Part shown: one piece after another, positions 1-13,580 of the stretch
How the letters are laid out: each line of letters begins with the position of its first letter
Position numbering within the stretch: position 1 is the stretch's first letter
Assembly: GCA_965644265.1 (NCBI GenBank)
Contig: OZ286465.1
Coordinates: 21,824,001 to 21,888,000 of the forward strand
Origin: Glycera tridactyla
Lineage: Eukaryota
DNA: 64,000 nucleotides
Direction: 5' to 3'
Translations under genes and position numbers: made by a program
The notes under the pieces: generated by a model
What the model was told of the DNA's origin: nothing
The model's input: only the letters and a program-made list of their open reading frames with translations
Database searches by the model: none

Positions 1-570
1 ATAGATGGGGTCTCCCAAAGGACCTGGTTGGTTTTGGGGTGAAAATTGGTTTTTCAGAAATGGGTTTTCCAAAGATGGTGGCTGTTCATAAACACACGAA
101 ACTTGGTGTGGATTTAATTCATGGCATTCCCTAATGAATGCCAACCATAGATGGGGTCTCCCAAATGGCCTGGTTAGTTATGGGGTGAAAATTGGTTTTT
201 CAGAAATGGGTTTTTCCAAAGATGGTGGCTGTTCATAAACACACCAAACTTGGTGTGGATTTAATTCATAGCATTTCCTAATGAATGCCAGCCATAGATG
301 GAGTCTCCCAAAAGGCCTGGTTGGTTTTGGGGTGAAAATTGGTTTTTTTCAGAAATGGATTTTTCTAAAGATGGTGACTGTTTGTAGCCACTCCAAACTT
401 GGCGTGGGTGCAATTCATAGCATACTCGAATGAATGCCAGCCATGAATGGGGTCTCTCAACATGCCTGATAGATTTCGGGGGGAAATTGTTTTTTCAGAA
501 ATGGATTCTTATGATGATGAACACTTTTCCTCGCCAAAGCATCCCTCATTGATTCTCAGCCATGTATGGG
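1..570. repeat. Degenerate tandem array, ~146-149 bp unit, ~4 copies, cut by the window edge
   Basis: Unit ATAGATGGGGTCTCCCAAA...CCAAACTTGGTGTGGATTTAATTC...GAATGCCAGCC restarts at 1, 147, 294 and ~443. Confidence 0.85.
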
Positions 571-1769
571 ATTGCCCATTAGCCCTACTGCAGGGCTTTC
601 CGTTAACTTTTTTCTTCAGCTGTCATTCAGGCAGATGAAGTAGGATTTTTACCTGCCCTCCCTGTCATTTTCACCCGCCCTCCTACATATTATCATAGCC
701 CGAATAAGTTTGGGTACCTATCCATTGGGCTGGCAGATTGAAAAAATCACCTGCCTGCCTGTGCTAGTAGGGCAACCACTAGCGTAGAGCCGTGTTATTT
801 TAGAGAAATTTACTTTTTAAAAAAGATTTTTTGAGGAAAGGTACCTCTCCAAGCATAATTATGTATTGGGTCTTCCTATGCAATCAGGAACTGTATGCAC
901 CCATCAAAGAAGCAGCACTGTTTTGTTTATGTAAACTTTAAATATAAATGCCTTTCTTGAAGCGGCGTGTTGTGTGGCTTCGCCAAGGCGAGGTCCGCCT
1001 TCAGTGAAGGCTATGTTTTCGTGAAGAAATCGTTGATAAATATGGAATTTGTTCGATTACCGCTGGATATCTCTCACAATTACCATGACGTACGATATAT
1101 ACAGGCGTTCTGCGAATATAAATAAAAATTACCAGCTATAAATGCATTTTCCGGGCGTCTGTCTGTTCGTCTTTGCGGCTAGCAACGTATACAAGCACAT
1201 GCTCGGTAAGTGTGCTCAACCGTAACAAAACGCAGTCAATTTATCGTTTTTGAAGTTAATTTCTAATGGAATCGTCTTGCCTCTATGAGTGAACATTTGG
1301 TGCAAATTTGGAATCTTTCCACTCTCTCCTCATTCTGAGATTTAGTTCTGTGTCATTTCTGGAACATTTGGTGCATTTTCAGGCTATTATATGTACATTG
1401 AATATTTCTGGAATTTGTCGTGAACGTTAGCACCCTTTCGGTTCGGGTTGGCTCCCTCTGACTCCGGGTTGGCTCCCTCTGACCGATTCCTGGATGCATC
1501 TCTGCATTTGAGGATGCGGCTGTAATAGCCATCATATACCAGTTGGTGGTTCACAAAATCTAGGGGAAAAGTTTCTTTTAGGGGTTTTGGATGTTGGCCA
1601 ATCACATCCCTGAACATGTACGACTTGAACGACTTGTCATACTGTATATTGCCGAATGTACGCGCGGTGTGCGAAGACATTGTCAAGTGCCATGTGTGTC
1701 TATTTGTAATCTGGTCATCGCAGGTGCTGTAGACGAGTCAAAATTACAGGGTGTGCATTTAAACGGGTA

Positions 1770-2430
1770 CAGTGAAACCTGTGACAAGAGATCCCCCAAA
1801 GAGAGACCACCTCTGGCGGGAGACCGCTTTTCAACGGCAGCTTTCTATATGACATAATCCAGGGTTCGCACAGACTCTGGAAATGTTCTGGAAATCATTA
1901 TCTATACTGGAAATGTTCTGGAAAACATGTTTTTACTTAAATGTTCTGGAAAAATACTGGAATTTTGAGATTTGCACTCTGGAACTCATACCTATGTTCT
2001 GGAGATCAGCAAAAACCTAGTAATTTCACTCATTTTTGCTGATTAACAGTGAACACTGTAGACATCAATAGTTCTGATAGATCTCAAAATGACCACGAAG
2101 ATGGGCACATGAGAAATCGTGACCACCATCATAATGGAGAATTTCAGAAAATTCAGTGGTTCAGACATACTACCTCTAGTTGCTGATGCTGCGCATATAA
2201 AATCACCATTCATTATGATGCATTCATTTAGAAAACCATGAATTTCTGGTTGCGTGTGTTCTGGAAATTCTTCATGGTGTACTGGAAATGTTCTGGAAAA
2301 ACTCTGGAATTTTTTCATAAGAATCTTGTATGAACCATGTAATCAAATATACCTCCGACGAGAGACCACCTGTTTTGAGAGACCGCTTTTTGATGACATT
2401 CAAGGCAGTCTCTCGTTGCAGGTTTCACTG
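1770..2430. mobile_element. Tc1/pogo(Tigger)-like MITE (TA|CAGTGAAACCTG...CAGGTTTCACTG|TA) with a nested insertion
   Basis: TIRs flanked by TA. Related copies at ~5535-5730, 6671-6847, 10260-10397, ~14740-14920, ~33088-33150, ~34740-34840, ~37438-37597, ~58400-58550. Confidence 0.8.
1860..2339. mobile_element. Non-autonomous DNA transposon nested in the pogo-like MITE, 5-bp TSD
   Basis: Ends CAGGGTTCGCACAG / TTGTATGAACCATG; TAATC at 1855-1859 and 2340-2344. Removing it restores the host motif GACATA(A/G)TCAAATATACC seen at ~5636. Confidence 0.75.
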
Positions 2431-2491
2431 TATGGGCATATAACGGGCAATATATGGTATGATGTCAAAACATGCCGTTGATGACTTGCAG

Positions 2492-5400
2492 GTGTGTGTA
2501 TGCTAATGTACGTATCGTGCCTGAACGGATACTCCCAGACCCCCTCATCGGGGCGATTCCCGCTTCCCATCAGCGTTTCATCACAGATCCCGTGGATATC
2601 TCGTTACCGCCAGTAGCACCGAAAAAGAAATGGAAGCGTTCACGAAGCAGCAGTAGCAGTAGCAGTGGTGGCGGGGATGCAGCTGCAGCATTATTACAGC
2701 AGTTCTTCATCTCCATCAAGAAACGACCGGTGAGTACGGTCAAACCTGTACAAGAGGCCACCTCTACAGGGTTAGCAGAGATGCCAACTGCTATGATTTT
2801 GCAGTAGCAGCTACTCTTTTTAGACCAAAATTCTTGCATTTTAGTGGTAATGCTACTCTGGAAAATCAGGATTTTTCCTATTATTCCATTGCAAATACTG
2901 GCACTGCTACTCTTTGAAATTGGCACTGCTACTATTTTTGGCCATCAGAGGCTGGCATCTATGGTTTAGATGAGAAATGGAAGACCTGGTGGCTTATTGG
3001 AACCATGGGTTTGGTGATTTTTTACCCTAAATGGATATTGTGACTGTATCCTTCAGAAACAATACACACATTTTCATCACATCCATACTTCGCATGACCA
3101 TTGTTATGAAGAGAAGTGACAGTATTATGAGAAGAATTGTGGGGTGAGCGCCTTGAAAATACCACCAGCGGAGTGGCTAAAATTAGTTGCTCTAGCAGAA
3201 AGGGTACGGTCGCACAGTATCTTCCATTGAAGTACTCCTGTGCAGAACACCATGAACTCGTTCATAATGACAAATTCTTGGTGAGAGGTCATGTTTAGGG
3301 TTTGTACAAGTGCACTCTGTTACTGAATCATGGTGTGATCTTTTGAAAGTCATAGTTGGATGTTGACAAGTCTGAATTGAATTCATGTAACAAAATTTGA
3401 TGCATCTTGATGTTGTAGATAAACCGATTGAGCAGTGCCAACTTGACATGGTGGCCTCCGTGGGTGTACAACCAGTATGATGTGGTATGTAGCTTTTTAT
3501 GCCCCCAACCAGAGGTGGGGGGAGGGGCATAGTCCATGTCTAATCCAGAGGGGGTGAATGGCCCCACAGATCTGACAGGATGCCCCTTGTTTTGGGGTGG
3601 AGGGGGGCAATTTGCCCTATCAGAAAGCCCTTCGTGCATTTAGATATATATATATATATATATAGTGCATGGTGAGAGAAATTCTGCTGACATGAATTCT
3701 TCATTCTGCCAGTATTTTTTAGAATGACATGTAGCAGAGAAGCCGCCAGGCGCGCGATCGCCTGGGCTCCATCAGTACCGCTGCGTGAACGAAAACGCGA
3801 AATCCCGCAATCAAATTCAGCGAGTGCGCGAAAATTTTTTGAGAAACATGCGGAAAATGTTAGTCATTTCTTCAGATACGAATGATATTCGGGCATCTTG
3901 ATCGAGAAGTGTGCAGCTTTTGCCATGTGACTTGTAAATACGTCTTCTGCGCATTTTGTTTTTGCATTAGTTCCCGATAATTCCATAGTGTGGTGCTGTT
4001 CGCACCTTGGTTCAGCCGATCGCAGCACCACTAGGCACGTAGTGAGATTAATGAGAACTATTGGCAGCTTCGTTTTGGCGCGAAATTTTGAATGCCAGTA
4101 TCGTGAACGTGTCAGATTGACAAATTTGACTCTATATGAATTGGCTATTGTGTCATACAGTTTAATGTCATAATAACACTTCTAGATATTAAAAAAGGTT
4201 CCTGAAAATTGGAAATGAAGATCCCCTCTTCAAAAGTCGGATCCCCTTCATCTCAGAAGTCTGAGGGGGAATTCCCCTCTCTGGGAAAAATTCCTGGAAG
4301 CATCTCTGATGTAGGGTGTAATTTAAAGCTGAAATATTAGCACATAAAATTCAATTCAGCCTGAAACTCATTTAGTGATCTTTCTCATGCCATACAGCAT
4401 CGGCTCAAGAAAGAAGTGAAGGATGAATTGAGAAGTTGGAACGAGACGTTGAACCCGGAAAAGATGCCTCAAGATGCGGTGGAGTTATCCTTCTGGGTGG
4501 CGGCAAATCTCCCGCTAGATGACAGTTTGAAGCTCCGGCTGCTCGGGATCGACAATGCTATTCAGCGATTGCGGGTGGAACTTTCTATTATTCGAAAGGT
4601 AAGGCAGATCTTATTAATAAACACTTCTTTAATCATGCTTCTGTAAAGTACAGGGTCTGCTCTCTTGAAAGAGATTTGCTGCAGGTGCGTGGCAAAAATC
4701 CACACCTGTCTGCTCGATAGAGTTGTTTGTTAGTACAGTGGATACCATCAAATACGATGGTACAATATAGTCATCTTCAATCACATAGGTAATTTAACAC
4801 AAGAAATTGTGCATAAATAGGTATAATATGTCGGTCTTTCAATTTACTGATATAGGCGGTTCATTCGTATAATTTCTATTATCAGAGAAACTGAGACATA
4901 CTCAAGTTTCATACAACATCTTTCATACAAAGCCATAGGTTAATAAGTATGCTGTTTTGAATTGTGGTACAGTTTGAATTTCCTTCAGCTGTGGTGTCAG
5001 ATGGTTCCAGAATCTTGGTCCATCAATAGTCCATTCATAGTCAAACTTTTGCACAACGAGAGCAAGCCCAGCATGTGTGAGAGGCAATAGTGCACTCTGA
5101 TGAGAAATGTGAGTCCTTGCATTGGGCAGGAACAGATTCTGCTCTGGAAAATTGAAGAATTGATTATTGATGAAAATTTGACCCCAAACCCCTATTTATC
5201 TGAAATTGTATTCACCCCACTGGCTAGAACATGACCTTCCACATTACATTTGATTGGATTCCTAATGTAGCCGACCATGGCTTCAATGCACATATGTATG
5301 GATGCCTACCTGCCTACCCAGTGGTTTCCCTGGCTTTCCAAGAGGCTTTGGTTGTAATAGAGCTGCGTTATGATTTCTTGAGCCAGTGCATTTGGATTGA

Positions 5401-7504
5401 GAAACCTACGATTATGGTGAATGAGTTTCTGGATAGCCTAAAATGGCAGATATCGATGGAAATGTAATGGAGTGAGCCTTTGCTTATCAAATGCGGGAAG
5501 AAAGGCTTAGGTGGTTGGCTTCTGAGACTTAATACGATGAAACCTGTCTTGGGAGACCCCTCTTTTGGGGGACCACCCTCCAGTGGGAGACCATCCTCTG
5601 ATGGGAGACCGCTCTTTACCGGCTCTTCTCTATTTGACATAGTCAAATATACCTGCAATGAGAGACCACCTGTCTTGAGAGACCACTTTTTATTGGCGTC
5701 TGGGGCGGTCTCCCAAGACAGGTTTTACTGTATCTCTGAATTCTTCTGCAGTACTTATTGCAACCAAATTTGAATTCTATCCCACTCTACTCTGCTCCTA
5801 ATTTCAACATGGATGAATCTTGAATGAATTTGTTGTCCTCAATTTTTTTAGAGTACTGTGATGTGCTGCAAGGACTGTGGTGTCCTGATCGCAAATAAGA
5901 AGGACATCTTCACGATGTCACAAGAAGGTCCACTCGGCGCTTACGTCAATCCCGGTGGCCACGTGCACGAGACACTCACCGTCTACAAAGCAGAGGGCCT
6001 CAGTCTCATCGGGCATCCATCAACGCAAAACAGCTGGTTCCCCGGGTGAGTTTATCTCCTATCAATTCATGTACGAGTGAGTGTGACTTGTCGGAACATT
6101 CCCACTATTCCTGGGATCGCAGGAATTTGTTGTCAAAATTGGAAACCTGTTATCAAGTGTGGTTTGACCTGGCTTAGAGACCACCCTTGTACAAAGGCCA
6201 CTTGTCTATGAATGTCACCCTGATCATTGTCTGCAACAGCATCACCTTCAGTGAACAACCTCTATATGAAGGTCACCTGTCTAAAATGACCACTGTTTGT
6301 TGTGAACAAGGGTGGTCTTTGTAGACAGGTTCAATTGTGGTCACATGGCTAGATCTGCAGGTTTGCACCCAGAGGTGGGCACTGGGGGCATTTCACACAT
6401 TCTGTCTAGTATCGGCGCCTTGTTGAGGCAATCAGGGGCCATGATGCATCCTATATCAACAAAAGGGTTGCACCCTGCCATCTTGAGTGAACCCATTTGG
6501 GGAAATTGTGTTAAGAAATGCCCCATTTTGTCAAAATGCCCAATGCCACCGTTACATAAATCATAGATGCAACCCTGCATCTGCCATAGTTGGATTCAAA
6601 ATATCGCGATGTTTTAAGGTCTTTCCTTCACTTTCCTGTCATGTGCATTAAATGTCCTGGTGTAGAACTACAGTAAAATCTGCTATAGTGTAATCCTGTC
6701 CACAGTGAAATCCTGTCTACAGTGAAAATAAAAATCTGGCCCGAACATTTTTTTTTTCACTATAATTGACCTGAATATAGTGAAATTCTGTCTACAGTGA
6801 AAAGAAAAATCTGGCCCGTGACTTTTCACTATAGACAGGTTTTACTGTACTACTTTGCGAGGATTTTTTCTTGAATCAGGGCCGTCTCATTTCTGAATGC
6901 TAAGCAGGGTGGATAGGGGAGTTCTTTTACCTCTGACCCTGTGAAACATCTCCTACTATCAGTCTGCATTCATAAAGGAATCCACCTGAACTACAGAGAA
7001 CTCTGCAATGTATAATTGACCAGGGTTTTGTGAAATAGAATATTTTGTATCAGGCTTTGCACTAAATATCAATCTGGCATACAGTCAAACTTATCTTAAG
7101 CATAAAGCAGCGGGACATGAAAAATGTGTTTGCTTAGAACAGGTCAAATATAGTGAAATTATTCTGTTGGGATGAACAGAATCCTGTTGCTCAGGACCCG
7201 CTCTTGCTTAGTACAAGTCTTGCTTAGGACAAGTTCAACTGTATATGTTGAAGCTCAAGAAAGGGAACGTTCATGGATGATATTATTCTACTCATGTGCT
7301 GTGTTCATCACTTTCAGGTATGCGTGGACAATTGTACAGTGTCGGCAATGTGCCTCTCACATGGGTTGGAAGTTCACGTCGGTGAAGCGTAAGCTGCAGC
7401 CGAGTAAATTCTGGGGCCTGTGTCGGTCGTCGCTGGTGCCGGGCTTACAGAGTGATGAGGAGGAGCCGCTCGATTCTGGCGACAGATGGGAACCTTTCAT
7501 GTGA
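2492..7504 (+). CDS. CRBN: Cereblon, 3' part. Exons 2492-2729, 3419-3484, 4398-4598, 5852-6045, 7318-7504 (stop); 5' exons lie outside the window
   Basis: All introns are GT-AG with consistent phases (0,0,0,2). Product ...[14 protein letters not shown]...|[22 protein letters not shown]|[14 protein letters not shown]...[31 protein letters not shown]..|[33 protein letters not shown]|[23 protein letters not shown] matches the Lon-like C-terminal region and the CULT/thalidomide-binding domain (two CxxC, tri-Trp cage). Confidence 0.95.
2776..2963. mobile_element. MITE, TIR CAGAGATGCCAAC, 6-bp TSD; second copy 56148-56333
   Basis: Flanks GGTTAG/GTTTAG here and a perfect CTACCT/CTACCT at 56142-56147 and 56334-56339. 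Confidence 0.75.
3419..3484 (+). CDS. CRBN: CRBN 66-nt exon, absent from the ORF track
   Basis: TTGTAG|ATA...GTG|GTATGT; encodes [22 protein letters not shown], comparable to human ANLTSWPRWLYSLYD. Confidence 0.9.
3735..4308. mobile_element. MITE family with CAGAGATGC termini and 6-bp TSD; copies 40097-40833 and 47872-48616
   Basis: Shared CpG-rich internal sequence. TSD ATGTAG (3729-3734/4309-4314), TGAGGG (47866-47871/48617-48622), ATGCAC with one extra T at 40834. Confidence 0.85.
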
Positions 7505-8038
7505 ATGCAAAATGTGATAACTTAAAAGACTGTGGCAAGCTTCTTGGAACGGATCATGTATATAGCCCTGTCACTTGATATATGTGATGACGTAGTGATA
7601 TTCAAGATTTTGTTATTTAAAATCGGTGCTTATTATCATGCATATTATTATTATTATTATTGTCAAAACTATCATCATTATTCTGAGGAAGACAGAACTA
7701 TTACATCATAATTGTTATGGATGATTCGTTAGGATGACTATTAGTGCTTTGACGATTTCCTGATTAGATTGAATATTGCATTATTGTGAGGTCTGTTTTA
7801 TCGATCCTGTGAGTTGAAAATCAAGTTAATGATTGAGGATTGGTAGTATGTTGGTTGATGTTTGTACACCAAAAATATGAGCAAAGGTTCTCCATCATCT
7901 TGTGTTCAGGGTTTGTGAGAGTGATGTCTGCAGGGGAGTGAACATCTAGCTTTCATTGACCAGGAACAAACGGCATACAAAATCCTTTGGGTCGATACAT
8001 GCTGTTAAACCTCAAGCAAACAAACAAACCCATAAATA

Positions 8039-8620
8039 CTGTAGTCTCGCGCGTATACGCGCAGTGAGCGAAATCGTGACATCCATGGGAAAACCGGGGT
8101 GCGCGTACGTCCGAAGATGCGCGTATAGTACTTTCGTGCAAACGCGCACCTTGTCGAAACTCTCTGTTTTTGCTTTATTCTTCGCCCTATCACGTGGAAC
8201 GAAGCACTTACCAACACCCGGCCGCCATTTTTCTTGATGATGTAAATATTAACTTTATTTCTCCCATGATGCTTTGCGCCTGCGAACCCTAGTCCCGACA
8301 GAACCGTCTGCGATTGAATATTTGTATGACACAAATAGAGAACGAGGTTGGGGTTGGAGGGAACAGGGTACGCACGATTAATATTTTTCAACATCTCCCA
8401 TCATGCAATGCGCGGAGGAGACGGATACAACATGGCGATTCGTTGACAATGATAAGTAAAAAGATCGATTTCTCGTTCATTCTTTCGGGTTTCACACATT
8501 TCAACCGGGATTTTTCGAGGGTGCGCGTATGCCTGAGAAGGGTGCGCGTATTGCGACATTCGAGCCAAACATGGGGGTGCGCGTTTGTCCGAACGTGCGC
8601 GTACACGCGCGAGACTACAG
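8039..8620. mobile_element. TA-flanked MITE with long imperfect CpG-rich TIRs (CTGTAGTCTCGCGCGT...ACGCGCGAGACTACAG)
   Basis: TA at 8037-8038 and 8621-8622; 16-bp terminal inverted repeat. Confidence 0.8.
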
Positions 8621-11600
8621 TAATTCTTGCAGTGCAGTTTACCCATTGTTCCGCATTATCACAAGTACCTGTGCTTGGGTACAGTGGGAGAGAGAACCAA
8701 TCGATTGTGGGGTCTTTCATGATGATCAGGGGGTGTTAGGGCCCTGAATCAGCAAGGCGGTTGCACCCAACCCCTATTGATGGAAAGCATAGCTTCCATC
8801 TCACACTGATAGATGGTGATTCAGAGGGATATAATCCAACTATAAAATGGCAGTGAATCATCAATGAAGTTTTCTGAATATCGGGTATTATTGATTAGAT
8901 GTACTCTCCAACTGTGTGACAGTTTGGATACCTAAGTTATGTTCGTTTATTCTCGATTTCTGATCATTGGTTAGTTGGACATTGTAGCTAGACAGTATTG
9001 ATGATCACCACTGTTTTAAACCTGTGTGCGAACAAAGAAGTATTGTTGATATTGTTGAAACTGAGAGTCTTAATTTCAGACTAGTTTTCAAAGTGTCGGT
9101 AATGAGTTACTTCGAACTTCCATCAGCTGCTTAAGCTGAAATGAGTATTGAATGCTGTTGATTTCCTTTATTCTTGAAATGAGAAAGGTATATGACTTGT
9201 GGTTCTTGGGAGAACTGATTAAAATTGAAATAAAAATAAATAAATAAATAAATAAAAATAGAATAAATAATAATAAAAATAATGAAATATACATTTACTA
9301 TGTGAGCAGAAAAGTACTGTTTATCTGTGCCACCGCTGTGTTTTGCAATAAAATTACCATACTGTCCCTTATTAGTGCCCGGACCCCTATTATCTCCCCC
9401 CCCCCCAATGATATATACCGAATGCAGGCTGAATAAAGAGCGGCATCTGTATAATCACTTTATCTCATTCCGACGTGTTGATCACATGTTTCCTTGAAAT
9501 AATTCTGAATGCGAAAGTGCCTTGAAAAGCCTTGAATTTGGCTGCAATGATGTCAGTATTAGAGATAACCTTTCAAATACTTCATCCTGTGCTGTGTGTT
9601 TGAGGAAGTGATGTCTGCAGGGCACTGAATGTATAGCTTTCATCGACCAGTAAGACATGTCATCTCCATCATTGGAGGTTGTGTGCCAAACCGAACCAAA
9701 CTCCCTTTTCACCTCACATCAGGACCCCTAACCCAGATTTCTGAATTCTCTTCTCGTGTGATGTACTTCGCTTAAAAGGAAAGCATTACCATCAGACTTG
9801 TGTATCACTTTCTTGTCTGCTACATAGACATTGATAGGTCCATTCAGGTCCATTTGATACATCAGAGGTGTGTCTGAACTGTCCGCTACTACCACTTAAC
9901 AGCTTTCCTGGTTCCCAATCATCTTGTGTTCAGAGTTTGTGAGAGCGATGCCTGCAGGGTGTAGTATCTATAAACGCCAAGTAGACAGCGCATCCAGCTG
10001 TCATAGATGACACATGACGTACACAATCATTGGGTTGAGACGTGCCTAGAAACACCAACCAGCCAACCAACCGACCAACCAACCAACCAGCTAGTCACAC
10101 TCAGTTGATACAGGCGTTTCGCACTAGCTCCTCTCTAGTCTTAGAGGGTGATAATTAGTGGAAATAATACTAGTTCCACGATGATATCCTACCTGTATGA
10201 TGCAGTCATGGATATCTCATTGAAATTCAGTAATCCCAGATGAGGGCTTAAATCAATTACAGTGAAACCTGTCTTGGGAGACCCCTCTAATGGGAGACTG
10301 CTCTTTATCGGCTCTTTTCTATTTGACGTAGTCAAATATACCTCCAATGAGAGACCACTTGTCTTGAGAGACCTGTCTTGAGAGACAGGTTTTACTGTAC
10401 TTCCTGGTAAAAATGCACTTCAGTCACTTACCTCTCCCTCCCATCTAACTGGAAGTTGTGATGATCAAAATCACATATCTGATTTCACTCTCACCAGCTG
10501 ACCAGTGATCTAAGATGGGAGATGATGACCCCATACCAACATCACAGGGGGGGGTTATGTATGAAGGAAGGGCAGGGGTGGGCTGACTGCTTTCACCCTG
10601 CATATGATCACTCAAAGCAGACATCCATCAAGATACAGTAGCTAATTTCAAACCAGAAATTTCCTAGTTCACTCTTGTACAATTATCTACATATTCTTCT
10701 GGTTGGAAGCTGTGGAGAGTCCATGAAAAAACCAATCAACCTGAAAAATGAGATACAAAGTATTACCCCTATTGGTTACCATTGATACTGAGGAGGCCTC
10801 AGTGACATAACTAGAATTACCAGCCTGTCTGTGCATGCCTGGACCCTTACTGAGGCTGGGAGAAGGGTAGTGTGAAAAGCCAGTATTCATCCATTAGATG
10901 GGAGGACACCAAACTTTACTCTCAGTCGAGCCACCTTTATTTGTTAGTTGTATGGATTTTCAGTTTAGGAAATGACTATTGCTTGAAATTTGACAGGGCT
11001 TGTGAAGCTCAAGAATGTATATAGTGTGTGTAAAAATTGTTGGATAGTGCATTTTGCTTGAATAAATGTCATGCAAAACGAGGTTGTGTGGTCTCATTTT
11101 GTTTACAAGTTCCGTCAACTGGGGGTACATATATATATGTATATATGTTTATATATTTATATATGCTAGTGCGGGTTTGTCAGATACAGTCCTGATTGAG
11201 AGTTTAGAAGGTGATGAAGCTTTTTTTGCCGCTCCTCAGTTCTGAGAAATGTAATATTCAGTTCCATCTCCACTAACACTGGGTAGGGTGGAATGCCAGG
11301 GTCTCCATAGATGGCAGCCACCAATGAGCAGGGGTCATTATGCCCCATGGTGTGTAAACACCGGAGGGGCATTATGTTTTCAAACTTGGTGTACAGACTC
11401 CCCTAAGATACCTGATGATGTTGGGGTGGCCATCTTGAATTTCAAGGTCACTAAGGGCAAAAATGTTGAAACGCTTTCCGGGCGATAACTAAGTGCTAGC
11501 CTTCTCAAACTTTGGTATGGTAAGACAGACACCTTTTGATTTTGGGCCATTGAGTGAAAAGGTATTAGTTTTGTTCATATGATCTATTTTTATTCATTCT

Positions 11601-11629
11601 TCCTGTGACAGCAGTATTCTCCGAATCTA

Positions 11630-11920
11630 ATGCCTTTCCTTGTGTCAAGTGCTGCGCTTTGCAAAAAAAGCATTGCTATCTGGCTTGAGTGTTGGCTTCC
11701 AGCTAGTTACATAGTTAGATATGCCATCATTAGATTCACTTAGTTCATGAAGAGTAGGTAGAGGTGTGTCTGAACTGTCAGCTACTTCCACTTGACAACC
11801 TTTCAGGTTCCCATCATCTTGTGATCAGGGTTTGTGAGAGTGATGTCTGCAGGGGAGACCAGGAACACATCGCACACATAATCCTGTGGGTCGATACATA
11901 CCGTTAGACCTCAAACAAGC
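11630..11920 (+). mobile_element. Interspersed retroposon family (SINE or LINE 3' UTR) ending GTTAAACCTC(AAAC)n
   Basis: Shared core GAACTGTCAGCTACTTCCACTTGACA...CCCATCATCTTGTGTTCAGGGTTTGTGAGAGTGATG. Copies at ~7880-8030, 9600-9680, 9790-9960, 12030-12285, 57311-57580 (+) and ~36620-36735, 37100-37320, 44373-44650 (-). Confidence 0.75.
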
Positions 11921-12269
11921 ACACAGCGGAGCATTCGCACCCGCTGAGTGCATCTAGTTACTTTTACTTTGGAGTGTTGCCATATAGCAACCAACGTGTT
12001 GCACTTTGCTTGAAATGAAGCATTTCTATCAGGCATGAGTATCTGCTTCTGACCAGTTACATAGTTGGCTATTCCATTTTTGAGTTTGCCATATTCCTGT
12101 AAAGATAGAGAGAAGTGTCAGCTACTTCCACTTGACACCCATTCAGATTCCCCATCATCTTGTGTCATGGTTTGTGTAAATGGTGCCTGCCAAAGATAAA
12201 ATAGCTAGCATTGTCCAGGAACACAAGGCATACATATTCCATTGGGCTGATACATGCCATTAAACCTCA

Positions 12270-13580
12270 ACCAAACCAAACTCACTAACACTGAGGAATG
12301 ACTTTCATTCAGTTCCATCCCCACTAACACTAATGCGTGACTTTCACACAGTTCCATCGCACTATTTTTTTGTGACTTATTTAATTCCATCTCCCCTAGC
12401 ACTAAGGAGTGACTTTCATTCAGTCCTATCTCCACTAACACTAAGGAGTGACTTTTATTCAGTTCCATTCCCACTAAGGAGTGACTTTCATTCAGTTCCA
12501 TCTCCACTAACACTAAGGCATGACTTCCAGGCAGTTCCATCTCCACTAACACTAAGAAGTGACTTTTATTCAGTTCCATCTCCACTAACACTAGGGCATG
12601 ACTTTCATGCAGTTCCATTCCCACTATCTCTAAGAAGTGACTTCAACACAGTTCCATCCCCACTAAGAAGTGACTTTCATGCAGTTAAATAACACCTTGA
12701 GTGTCTTGACTCTCATAAATGTTCACCTTCTGTTGGGGATCCGGTAGGAGGAGTCTTGAACGATCCCACCCATGCCCATTGCATGGGCGTCAAAAAATAG
12801 CAAAGACCGAGCTGATGTGACGTTAAACCACAACAAACAAACCAACTAATCCATCACCACTAATACGGATGAGTGACATTTCACACAGTTCAATCCCCAC
12901 CAGCACTGATGAGTGACTTTTCATCTAATTCAATCACCACTGACACTGAGGAGTGCCTTTTCACGTAGTTCAATCCCCACTAACACTAAGGAGTGACTTC
13001 ATGCAGTTCCATCACCACTAACACTAAGTAGTGATTTCCCCCATAGTCTCACCCCCACTAACACCAAGGAGCGATGGCCCCCATAGTTCCAACCCCACTA
13101 ACACTAAGGAGTGATGGCCCCCATAGTTCCATCCCCACTAACACTAAGGAGTGGCTTCCCCCATTGGTTCCATCCCACTAACATTGAGGAGTGACCCCCC
13201 CCCCCCCCCACAGTTCCACCCCCACTAGCACTAAGGAGCGATTTCCCCATAATTCCATCCCCACTAACACTAAGGAGTGGCTTCCCCCAATGATTCCATC
13301 CCCACTAACACTAAGGAGTGACTCCCCTCCCCCCACAGTTCCACCCCCACTAACACTAAGGAGTGACCCCCCCCCCCCCCCCCAGTTCCACCCCACTAAC
13401 ACCAAGGAGCGATTTCCCCAAAGTTCCATCCCCACAAACACTAAGGAGCGACTTCCCCATAGTTCCATTCCCACTAACACTAAGGACTGACCCCCCCCCC
13501 CCCACTTCCACCCCCACTAACACTAAGGAGCGATTTCCCCATAGTTCCATCCCCACTAACACTAAGGAGTGACTCCACGC
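12270..13580. repeat. ~39-40 bp minisatellite (CAGTTCCATCTCCACTAACACTAAGGAGTGACTTTCATT-like), interrupted by a SINE-like element
   Basis: Dozens of degenerate units; explains the repetitive ORFs in the track. Confidence 0.9.
12694..12845 (+). mobile_element. SINE-like 3' portion with GACGTT(A/T)AACC + (AAC/CCAA)n tail; second copy ~14565-14725
   Basis: Shared ACCTTGAGTGTCT...GGAGGAGTCTTG...CCCATTGCATGGG...GCTGA(T/C)GTGACGTT. Confidence 0.65.

Noticed and set aside
12270-13580. CRISPR-like array
   Set aside because: Eukaryotic context, degenerate contiguous units without unique spacers, no cas genes.
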